Assembly (NCBI GenBank): GCA_965207225.1
Contig: CBDBLV010000005.1
Span: 1,984,001 to 2,048,000, forward strand
Origin: Dehalococcoidia bacterium
GTDB lineage: Bacteria; Chloroflexota; Dehalococcoidia; Plut-88900
Length of the DNA stretch: 64,000 bases
Reading direction: 5' to 3'
The translations under genes and the position numbers were made by a program. Shown here piece after piece: positions 1 to 8,173 of this stretch; the stretch's first letter is position 1; every line of letters begins with the position of its first letter. Under the pieces are notes generated by a model that had not been told where the DNA came from, searched no databases, and saw only the letters and a list, made by a program, of their open reading frames with translations.

Positions 1-1
1 C

Positions 2-235
2 GGCCTGGACGATCCCGACGGGGAACTGGCGACGCCCCTGGACAGGCTGGAGGCGAGGATGCGGCGTGTGATCAAGGCCGTGGATGATCTCAGGGAGCGC
101 GTGGATGACCTGACGGAGCGCGTGGAGGCCCTAGAGGCGGTGCAGCAGGAGCCCGATACCGAGGGCCGGGGGCTGGGCCTGTTCGACTGGTGGCGGCGGC
201 GCAGGCCGCAGGGTGAGAACGAGAGACATGGCTGA
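2..235 (+). CDS. Element core protein, C-terminal part (HTH/coiled-coil), 5'-truncated by window
   Basis: Frame from base 2 reads GLDDPDGELATPLDRLEARMRR...WWRRRRPQGENERHG*, homologous to the C-terminus of 52289-52729. Confidence 0.8.
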   Translation, partial: GLDDPDGELATPLDRLEARMRRVIKAVDDLRERVDDLTERVEALEAVQQEPDTEGRGLGLFDWWRRRRPQGENERHG

Positions 236-662
236 GCGGGTGCGCTGGATTACGAAGGCGGAGGCGGCGCGGGAGATGGAGGTCTCCATTTCGACGCTGG
301 ACCGGATGATACGGCGTGGAGAGGTCGAGGTGCGCAGGGAGGGCCGGAGGGTCTACGTGGAGATGGAGGGGCCGGAGCGGGTGAGCGACGAGGAGCTGCT
401 GCGTCGGGCTATTGGGCGGGAGGACAGGCTTCAACGGAGGCTGGTGAAGCTGGACCAACGGGCGCAGGCGTTGGAGCGGGAGCGGGACGAGGCCGTGTAC
501 GCCGCATCCGCCGACCGGCAGGCGCTAGAGGAGGTGGAGGAGGCGTATCAGAAGGAGCGGGCCGCCCGGAGAAGGATGAGGCGGTTGGCCGTCAGGCTTG
601 GGTTGGCCGTGGTCGTGTTGCTAGCCGTCGTGGGCCTGCTCGTGTGGCGGCTGGTGGCATAG
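228..662 (+). CDS. Excisionase-like HTH + coiled coil + C-terminal TM protein
   Basis: WITKAEAAREMEVSISTLDRMIRRG HTH_17-like motif; hydrophobic C-terminus; near-identical copy at 51862-52296. Confidence 0.8.
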   Translation: MAERVRWITKAEAAREMEVSISTLDRMIRRGEVEVRREGRRVYVEMEGPERVSDEELLRRAIGREDRLQRRLVKLDQRAQALERERDEAVYAASADRQALEEVEEAYQKERAARRRMRRLAVRLGLAVVVLLAVVGLLVWRLVA

Positions 663-672
663 GGTATAGCGC

Positions 673-3351
673 ATGGCCGGAGATGACATCGGACACCAGA
701 TACGCATCGCCGCCGAGAGCACTAGGCTCTACCGCCTATTCGCTGTTGGACCGACGCGTGTGTCGCTGACCGACGAAACGCTCACCTTCGAGGGACGCCT
801 GGGTGGAGCATCCGACGAGGTGCCCGTCGGAGCCATCGACTCAATCACGGTCTCACCATCGTTGTTGTGGCATCGGCTGACCATACAGTTGGGAGATGGG
901 ACCGAGCGGTCAGTTGGAGGACTTGACGAGAGCAGAGCTGCACGGGTCCGGGACGCGGTGTTGGCGAGCACCGTCGAGGTCGCCAAGGCTTTGAGCCCTG
1001 AATTGAAGTGGCTCGATGAGCAGGTTCGACAACACTTCGCCGCCGACCGCTACGCCCGATACAGCGACTGCCGGAAGCTTCACGAGTCTCTAGCGCCGGT
1101 TCTACGGCAATGCAAGGCACTCACCCGTGGACGCCTGAACCAAGAAGCGTCAGAGACGGCGGAGCGGCTTTCGCCCCTAGAATCGGTTGCGGGGTTCGAG
1201 GCGGCAAGAAGGCGTGCGAACAGCCTGTTCATTTCCAACGCCAAGCCCTCCGTACAGCAAGCCGCATCCGAGACGCTGGGTAACCCTCTCACGGATGAAC
1301 AGGCCGAAGCCGTCGCCACCGACGAGGACGCGACCCTTGTGCTGGCGGGCGCGGGAACGGGCAAGACCGCGGTCATCGTCGGCAAGGTCGCCCATGTCGT
1401 TCACAATTTGGGTGTTCGCCCGAACGAGGTGCTGGTCCTGGCATTCAACCGCAAGGCGGCCGATGAGATACGGGGACGGCTCAAGGGCGACCTCTCCGCA
1501 GCGCACGTCCACACCTTCCACAGCTTCGGTCGCCGCGTCATAGCCGAGTCCGAGTCCGCTCCCACCATATCGAAGCTGGCCGAGGACGAACTGGCGCTGA
1601 GGCGCGCAGTTGACAACATCATCGGCGAGCTACTCAACGACCTGGAGCAGTCGAGGGCTGTGATCGACTTCATCGTCTACCACCACGCGCCCTACAGATC
1701 GGCCTTCGAGTTCGACACCCTTGACCAGTACGAGGAGTACGTCCGCGAAGTCGATTTGCGGACCCTGAGCGGGGATCTGGTCAAGAGTTTCGAGGAACTG
1801 TCCATCGCGAACTACCTGACGGAACACGGCGTCGAGTTCCGGTACGAAGACCTGTACGAGACAGCGACGGCGACGAACCAACACAGGCAGTACCAGCCGG
1901 ATTTCTTCCTGCCCGGCCACGACATCTACATCGAGCACTTCGCACTCAACGAACATGGACGCCCTCCCCCCGGCTGGAGAGGGTACGTGGAGGGCGTCGA
2001 GTGGAAGAGGAACATCCACCGTCAACACGGCTCGACGCTGGTGGAGACCTACAGCTGGCAACACCGGCGGGGCATCCTGCTTGAGACGCTGCGCAAGCGC
2101 CTCGAAGAGGCAGGGGTTAGCTTCGAGCAGGTACCTCGCCAAACCCTGGTGCGGCAACTCGGCCAGGAGCAGACGTCGTCGCTGGCGGGGCTGCTGGCGA
2201 CCTTCCTGAATCACGCCAAGAGCGGCGGCCTCTCGTCCGAGACGCTTCGCAGCCGAGCCCGTGAGAGAGGAGACCGCCGGCGCAACGGTAGCTTCCTTGC
2301 CGTTTTCGAGCAGGTGCGCGACCGCTACCAGAAGCTGCTCTCGGACCAAGGGGAGCTGGACTTCCACGACCTCATCAACGTCGCCGCAGGGCATATCCGT
2401 GAGGGCCGATGGAAGTCTCAGTATCGTTACGTTCTGGTGGATGAGTTCCAGGACATATCCGCAGGTAGGATGGCGCTCATACACGCCCTCCGGGGCCAGG
2501 ACGTAGCCTACTTCCTGGTGGGAGACGACTGGCAGTCGATCTACAGGTTCGCGGGGAGCGACGTCGGTCTCCTGCGGGATTGCGGCGACCTGCTCGGCCA
2601 CGTGGAGGAGCGGACGCTGAGCCGGACCTTCCGGTTCGCCGACGGCATACTCGGCCCCTCGACCGAGTTTGTGAAGCGGAACCCGGAGCAGACCCAGAGA
2701 CCCTTGCTGTCCGCCAGCGGAGCGGAGGACGAGGGCGTCACCATCGTCGCCGACGCCAGTCCCGCTGGCGGCGTTGCTCGGGCGTTGCAGGACATCGAGG
2801 CAAGGGCGCAGGGTGAGCCTCGCAGCGTCCTTGCGCTGGGGCGCTACCGGCAGGGCCGCGAGGTGGTCCAGTCGATTCGGCGGAGCAGGTCGCTACGAGT
2901 GGAGTTCAGCACGGTTCATGGAGCGAAGGGCCGCGAGGCCGACTACGTGATCCTGCTCGACCTCAACGACGGTCGTTATGGGTTCCCTTCGAAGGTGGAG
3001 GACGATCCGCTGCTGGAGCTCGTGCTGCCCCCGGTCTCGGGGGGAGCTTATCCATTTGCGGAGGAGAGGCGTCTCTTCTACGTGGCGATGACCCGGGCGC
3101 GGAACGGCGCATACCTGGTGACCGACCCTGTGCGGCCATCCCAGTTTGTGACGGAACTGTTAAGGGAATCCGACGACCTGCGGCAGATCGGCGAACTCGC
3201 GACGAAGTGTCCGCGTTGCGGCAGGGGCGTGCTCCAGGTGATCAATGGCAGGCGCGGCCGCTTCTGGGGCTGCACTGGGTACCGGTCCACGCCGCCATGC
3301 CGATACACCAAGGACATTGAGGGAGAAACCGCCCATAGAGGGCGGGAATAG
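673..3351 (+). CDS. UvrD/helicase IV-like SF1 helicase with inserted PD-(D/E)XK-like domain and C-terminal topoisomerase-type Zn ribbon
   Basis: Walker A AGAGTGKT, LVDEFQD, VGDDWQSIYRFAG, EERRLFYVAMTRAR; insert YQPDFFL...IYIEHF; CPRCG...FWGC...C. Confidence 0.9.
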   Translation: MAGDDIGHQIRIAAESTRLYRLFAVGPTRVSLTDETLTFEGRLGGASDEVPVGAIDSITVSPSLLWHRLTIQLGDGTERSVGGLDESRAARVRDAVLASTVEVAKALSPELKWLDEQVRQHFAADRYARYSDCRKLHESLAPVLRQCKALTRGRLNQEASETAERLSPLESVAGFEAARRRANSLFISNAKPSVQQAASETLGNPLTDEQAEAVATDEDATLVLAGAGTGKTAVIVGKVAHVVHNLGVRPNEVLVLAFNRKAADEIRGRLKGDLSAAHVHTFHSFGRRVIAESESAPTISKLAEDELALRRAVDNIIGELLNDLEQSRAVIDFIVYHHAPYRSAFEFDTLDQYEEYVREVDLRTLSGDLVKSFEELSIANYLTEHGVEFRYEDLYETATATNQHRQYQPDFFLPGHDIYIEHFALNEHGRPPPGWRGYVEGVEWKRNIHRQHGSTLVETYSWQHRRGILLETLRKRLEEAGVSFEQVPRQTLVRQLGQEQTSSLAGLLATFLNHAKSGGLSSETLRSRARERGDRRRNGSFLAVFEQVRDRYQKLLSDQGELDFHDLINVAAGHIREGRWKSQYRYVLVDEFQDISAGRMALIHALRGQDVAYFLVGDDWQSIYRFAGSDVGLLRDCGDLLGHVEERTLSRTFRFADGILGPSTEFVKRNPEQTQRPLLSASGAEDEGVTIVADASPAGGVARALQDIEARAQGEPRSVLALGRYRQGREVVQSIRRSRSLRVEFSTVHGAKGREADYVILLDLNDGRYGFPSKVEDDPLLELVLPPVSGGAYPFAEERRLFYVAMTRARNGAYLVTDPVRPSQFVTELLRESDDLRQIGELATKCPRCGRGVLQVINGRRGRFWGCTGYRSTPPCRYTKDIEGETAHRGRE

Positions 3352-3533
3352 CCGGGAAGAGGAACCCGCCTTCTTCCGACACTTTGGACTCTCCTTTAGC
3401 GTCCTGCCCGCACGATTTGCAGGCCCTCTAGCGATGCCGTAGTGTCGGATGTCCCTTGCGCCCTAGGTATCCTATGGCCTACAATTGGGGAGGTGGGCAA
3501 ACTCCACCAAACCGATGACCACGGGGGGTTGAG

Positions 3534-4373
3534 ATGATAAGAAGGCGTTTGAGCCTATTGGCCCTATTCGCGATAGTCACCGCGATGCTGGCTGTAGCCT
3601 GCACTGACGATTCGTCCGACTTCGAGGAAGCGGTGATGCAAGAGTTGACCGTCATTAGCGCGACGACGGACCAGCTATCCCAATCGTCGGAACAGGCGCA
3701 GTCTGCGTCTGCTGATGGGGGCATCCTGGTGACCGGCGAGGGACACCTCAGCGTGGAGCCGGACTTGGCGATGGTGTACATCGGCATCGAGGCTCAGTCA
3801 GAGACGGTCTCTCAGGCCAGGACCGATGCTGCTGAGGCAATGTCGAGGGTTGCGGCAGCCGTCAGGGCGCGGGGCCTGTCTGACGCGGACATTCAGACCG
3901 TATCGTTCGATATCAGGCCGGAGTACCGGTACGAGGAGATCGAACAGGATGGCAGCTATGTGGCGAGGCGGAAGTTCGTCGGCTACGTCGTCAGCAACTT
4001 TGCCTCAATCAAGGTGCGCGACCTGGACGCCGTCGGACCCGTCATCGACGATGTGGCGGAGGCCGGAGGCGATCTCGCCAGAATCGATGGGGTCAGTTTC
4101 ACGGTGGAGGACCCGAACCCCTTCATGGAGGAACTCAGAAGGGAGGCTTTTGAGGAGGCGAAGGCCAAGGCCGAGCAGCTTGCGGACTTGGCTGGCGTCA
4201 GACTGGGGCAGGCCCAGTCCATTAGCGAGTCAGTCGCATCGGACGGACTGACTGGCACCACTTTTGGATTGCGCGAATTCACATTCGTAGACTCTGAAAG
4301 CTTCACCCCCATCAGCGGCGGGGAGACGGAGCTTCGTCTGACGGTCATAGCCCAGTTTGACATAGAGCCGTAG
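3534..4373 (+). CDS. SIMPL (DUF541) domain lipoprotein
   Basis: Lipobox LAVAC; ILVTGEGHLSVEPDLA, KAKAEQLADLAGVRLG and PISGGE motifs typical of SIMPL. Confidence 0.85.
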   Translation: MIRRRLSLLALFAIVTAMLAVACTDDSSDFEEAVMQELTVISATTDQLSQSSEQAQSASADGGILVTGEGHLSVEPDLAMVYIGIEAQSETVSQARTDAAEAMSRVAAAVRARGLSDADIQTVSFDIRPEYRYEEIEQDGSYVARRKFVGYVVSNFASIKVRDLDAVGPVIDDVAEAGGDLARIDGVSFTVEDPNPFMEELRREAFEEAKAKAEQLADLAGVRLGQAQSISESVASDGLTGTTFGLREFTFVDSESFTPISGGETELRLTVIAQFDIEP

Positions 4374-4403
4374 ATGGACGTGGCAGACGCAAGGACGGCG
4401 GCA

Positions 4404-4712
4404 ATGGCAAGGACGACGACCAAGCAATGGGATCCGGCGAAGCATCTGGAAACCGCAGAGGAGATGGCAGCCTACCTGAGCGCCGCCTTCGAAGAGGACG
4501 ACGTGCGGTTGATCCTGGCAACGCTGGGGGACATCGCCCGCGTCCGGAGGATGGCGGTGGTGGCGCAGGAGACGGGGCTGGGCAGGGAGAGCCTCTACAA
4601 GTCGCTGTCCGCCGACGGCAACCCGGAGTTCGTCACCATCTTGAAGGTGATGCGCGCCGTGGGACTCAGACTTCAGGTCGCAGTGGTGCCTGGAGCGAAC
4701 GACGCCGCCTGA
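4404..4712 (+). CDS. Putative addiction-module antidote (HTH), orphan
   Basis: WDPAKHLETAEEMAAYLSAA...LGDIAR...GLGRESLYKSLSADGNPEFVTILKV. Confidence 0.85.
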   Translation: MARTTTKQWDPAKHLETAEEMAAYLSAAFEEDDVRLILATLGDIARVRRMAVVAQETGLGRESLYKSLSADGNPEFVTILKVMRAVGLRLQVAVVPGANDAA

Positions 4713-4771
4713 GAGCGTCGCAGTGACGGACGACACGACTGAGGGAACAGACGATTCCAGAGGAGGACGAC

Positions 4772-7700
4772 ATGAAGAAGCAGCACCTACAGCCCCTGAC
4801 GCCGGCGGCCCTCTACGCCAGGGTGTCCAGCGACCGCCAAGACGTGGATCTGTCCGTGGCCGCACAGCTTAGGGCGCTCAAAGAGTACGCCAAGGCCAAC
4901 GGCTACTCCGTGGCCAGGGAGTACGTGGACGAGGCCGAGAGCGGCCGGGTCGCCGACCGGCCCCAGTTCCGGGAGATGATCGCAGAAGGCTCCAAGCCCC
5001 AGGCTCCTTTTGAGGTGATTTTGGTCTGGAAGTTTTCAAGGTTCACCCGCAAGCGGGAGCACGCCGTGGCCTTCAAGGCTCAGCTGCGGCGCAAGGGCAT
5101 CCGCGTGGTGTCCATCACCGAGCAGGCCGAGGACAACGCCACCGGCAGGCTGCTTGAGGGCATCATCGAGAGCGTGGACGAATACTACAGCGAAAATTTG
5201 GCGCAGGAGGTCGTCCGGGGGATGCGGGAGGCGGCTTCGAGAGGCTTCTTCCTGGGCTCCAAGGCCCCCTTCGGCTACCGGAAGATCAAGGTGCAGGACG
5301 GGGCGAAGGAGCGCCCCTCGCTGGAGGTTGACCCTGCCACGGCTCCTGTAGTGAAGGAGATATTCGAGAAGTCTCTGAGCGGCCACGGTCTGAAGGAGCT
5401 GTGCAAGGAACTGAACGACCGGGGCGTCACCAACCGGGGGAAGCGCTGGTACAAGGGCGGTCTCCACTACGTGCTGCGGAACGAGGCGTACACCGGAACA
5501 GCCGTGTGGGGGCTCAAAGGCAAGGGAGAGAAGGCCCAGGACCCGGTGAGGGTTGAGGGAGCGTGGCCCGCGCTGATTTCACGGGAGCTGTTCGAGGAGG
5601 TCCAGCAGGCGATGAGCGAGCGCGCCCCGAAGGTGCAGAGGCCCGCCAGGGTGGGAAGCCCGTATCTGTTGAGCGGGCTGCTGAAGTGTGGGGTGTGCGG
5701 CAGGCTCTACTCGGCCCAGGGAGCCAAGAGCGGCCAGTTCGCCTACTACATCTGCGGGACGCTGTTCCGGGAGGGAGCGGGGACGTGCAGCGCCCGCTAC
5801 CTGAACGCTTCCAGGGTGGAGGAGTTCGTGGTGGAGAAGATCAGGGAGCGCATCCTCACCGAGGAGACCATCGTGGAGCTGGTGCAGCTTGTGGCGGAGG
5901 AGATCGACGCGATGGCCGGTGAGCTTGCAGGGAGGCTGGAGTCTGTGGAGGCGGAGCTGTCCGACGTGCAGAGGCGTCTGGGGAAGCTCTACGAAGCCAT
6001 CGAGACGAGCGACCTGACGCTGGAGGTGCTGTCGCCCCGCATCATGTCCCTGCGGCACCGTGAGGAGCAGTTGGAGGCTGCCAGAGAGGACGCCGAGACC
6101 CAGCTTGAGCAGCGGAGAGTCGATCTGCCCGACACCGAGGAGATCGCGCGGTACGTGGCGGACTTCCGGGAGTTCCTGAAGGAGGGAACGATACCGGAGC
6201 GCAAGGCCCTCATCCGCAACTTCGTTGAGGGCATCGAGGTGGTGGGAGACGAGGCGACGCTGACGTACACGGTGCCCATGCCCAGGGACGGGGTGACCAA
6301 GGAGTCGGCCTCGGTTCTTGATTTCGTCCAGTCCGGCCCAGTGAGTGAGACTGGACGCTGGATGAGAGTTGAATTAGTCGGAGAAGTAATCGCCGGGACC
6401 TTTGAGAGGGGAATCAGCCAATATCCGAACATAGGAGATACGGTTCATCTGGCAGTTGAGGAACACTTGCACCGAATCTACGATATCCGAGGCCAAGGAT
6501 ACGTTGTAATTGGCACTCTCGCCAGTGCCGAAAGCATTTCTGCGAAAGTTGCGCTTGATGAGCTGGTAACACGGCATTCCGCTATTCTCGGCTCAACTGG
6601 TTCCGGCAAGTCCACGACTGTAGCCAGCCTACTACGAGCAATTACGGCATTCGGTCCAGACAGCAACGCATATCCGAACGCCCGGATTCTAATGCTCGAT
6701 ATACATGGGGAATATTCGACTCCTCTCGCCGATGTATCTAAGGTATTCAGCGTTGAACCCCAGCACGGGGAGGAAAAGCTGTTCGTTCCCTACTGGGCAC
6801 TCGACACTGAGGACTTGCTAGACTTTCTGACCGGGAGGCTGGAAGGGAACAGAGAAACGGCATTTACCGACAAGATATTTGAATTGAAATCTGCATCGCA
6901 CTCCGCCCAATTGTTTCCTGGTGTTCAATCCGGCTCAATAACTGTTGACACGCCTTTACCATTCAGTTTGAAGCGACTGTGGCATGAACTTATTGACTTT
7001 GAGATCGCAACATTTGAGGGGAAAGATCGCGACGAGTCTACTCGGCAAGATCCTGGAGACCCTAATACGCTCACACCCCCGAGATATAAACCTCATGCCA
7101 TGGGTGCAACAGGTCCATTCCTAAACCAGCAAGCGTTCGGCATACAACGTCCTCTGAACCTCTTACGTTCCCGACTGCTTGATCGTCGCTATGACTTCTT
7201 GTTGCGCCCCGGGCCGTGGGAACCCGACCTTGATGGTACGGCTGAAAGGGATCTTGATTCACTACTGTCTGACTGGCTTGGAGGTGACAAGCCCATTACT
7301 ATTCTCGATCTGTCTGCAGTGCCTAGCAGCGTGCTTGAGCGTCTGATTGGATCAATTCTGAAGATCATTTATGAGGCTCTGTTTTGGAGTAGAGAGAAGA
7401 CAGAAGGTGGCATTCAGCGTCCTTTGCTTATTGTAATGGAGGAGGCTCATAGGTATCTCTCAGATATATCAGAAGGTACAGCGTCAGATATGGTTCAAAG
7501 GATCGTAAAGGAGGGAAGAAAGTACGGTGTAGGTGCAATGATAGTTAGCCAGCGACCCTCTGAAGTGAACGAGACCATACTTTCGCAATGTGGCACCTTT
7601 TTTGCGCTGCGCCTCTCAAATCCATCTGATCGCGATAGGGTCCGGGGGACACTGCCAGACGGTCTTGTCGGCCTCTTAGATGTGCTACCGATTCTCCGTA

Positions 7701-7945
7701 CGGGAGAAGCTATCGTCACTGGCGAAGCGGCTAAACTGCCCATGCGCTGTCGTGTAAGCCTTCCGGCTAAAGAGAACAGGCCACGTAGCGAAGACCCGGA
7801 AGTGAGTCGTAGTTGGAACCTACCGAGACGTAAAGAGGGTTACGAAAGGGTCGTGGCTTCATGGCGTGCTCAGAGCCCTCTAGCAGTTGCTAATCTCCTA
7901 AACATCAGCCGAACTCCGGTCGAAGATGAGTCTGATCAGGAATGA
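4772..7945 (+). CDS. Large serine integrase (4772-6340) fused in frame to the C-terminal 534 aa of HerA ATPase
   Basis: YARVSS catalytic motif, recombinase domain, CGVCG Zn ribbon and coiled coil; then HSAILGSTGSGKS, MEEAHRYL, KEGRKYG, SQRPSE; RBS GAGGAGG upstream. Confidence 0.9.
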   Translation: MKKQHLQPLTPAALYARVSSDRQDVDLSVAAQLRALKEYAKANGYSVAREYVDEAESGRVADRPQFREMIAEGSKPQAPFEVILVWKFSRFTRKREHAVAFKAQLRRKGIRVVSITEQAEDNATGRLLEGIIESVDEYYSENLAQEVVRGMREAASRGFFLGSKAPFGYRKIKVQDGAKERPSLEVDPATAPVVKEIFEKSLSGHGLKELCKELNDRGVTNRGKRWYKGGLHYVLRNEAYTGTAVWGLKGKGEKAQDPVRVEGAWPALISRELFEEVQQAMSERAPKVQRPARVGSPYLLSGLLKCGVCGRLYSAQGAKSGQFAYYICGTLFREGAGTCSARYLNASRVEEFVVEKIRERILTEETIVELVQLVAEEIDAMAGELAGRLESVEAELSDVQRRLGKLYEAIETSDLTLEVLSPRIMSLRHREEQLEAAREDAETQLEQRRVDLPDTEEIARYVADFREFLKEGTIPERKALIRNFVEGIEVVGDEATLTYTVPMPRDGVTKESASVLDFVQSGPVSETGRWMRVELVGEVIAGTFERGISQYPNIGDTVHLAVEEHLHRIYDIRGQGYVVIGTLASAESISAKVALDELVTRHSAILGSTGSGKSTTVASLLRAITAFGPDSNAYPNARILMLDIHGEYSTPLADVSKVFSVEPQHGEEKLFVPYWALDTEDLLDFLTGRLEGNRETAFTDKIFELKSASHSAQLFPGVQSGSITVDTPLPFSLKRLWHELIDFEIATFEGKDRDESTRQDPGDPNTLTPPRYKPHAMGATGPFLNQQAFGIQRPLNLLRSRLLDRRYDFLLRPGPWEPDLDGTAERDLDSLLSDWLGGDKPITILDLSAVPSSVLERLIGSILKIIYEALFWSREKTEGGIQRPLLIVMEEAHRYLSDISEGTASDMVQRIVKEGRKYGVGAMIVSQRPSEVNETILSQCGTFFALRLSNPSDRDRVRGTLPDGLVGLLDVLPILRTGEAIVTGEAAKLPMRCRVSLPAKENRPRSEDPEVSRSWNLPRRKEGYERVVASWRAQSPLAVANLLNISRTPVEDESDQE
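6313..6343 (+). other. attR-type junction: B attP left arm + herA right half
   Basis: GGTTCTTGATTTCGTCCAGTC-CGGC-CC-AGTG; the arm is the reverse complement of 48352-48372 and matches 59288-59308 at 19/21. Confidence 0.85.
6341..7945 (+). pseudogene. herA: herA 3' fragment (SIR2-associated HerA ATPase) lacking its first 76 codons
   Basis: Starts mid HAS barrel (VSETGRWMRVELVGE...FERGISQYPNIGD); the complementary 5' part is at 59539-59312 on the minus strand. Confidence 0.85.
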
Positions 7946-7954
7946 AGGAACGTC

Positions 7955-8167
7955 ATGGATAGGCGTCAAGTAGCATCATCAAACGTGCGCACAATTGGAT
8001 ACGATGAACAGACCCAAACGCTTGAGGTCGAGTTCGTGAGTGGTTGGGTATACCAATACTATGGTGTTCCTCAACACATGTATGAGCAAATGATGCAAGC
8101 ATCATCCAAAGGGAAGTTCCTGAATCTCTATATCAAGAATGCTTTCCCTTATTCGCGGGTTGGATAG
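7955..8167 (+). CDS. KTSC domain protein
   Basis: VASSNVRTIGYD...LEVEF...YQYYGVP...ASSKGKFLNLYIK. Confidence 0.9.
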   Translation: MDRRQVASSNVRTIGYDEQTQTLEVEFVSGWVYQYYGVPQHMYEQMMQASSKGKFLNLYIKNAFPYSRVG

Positions 8168-8173
8168 AGGGGT

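Larger units (their letters stand above)
1..6340 (+). mobile_element. Element B' (right part): small serine-integrase integrative element, paralog of element B; left end lies outside the window
   Basis: Genes at 2-235, 228-662 and 4772-6340 closely match 52289-52729, 51862-52296 and 48342-49913 in inverted orientation; ends at att half-site 6313-6340; base composition and codon usage change abruptly after 6340. Confidence 0.85.
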
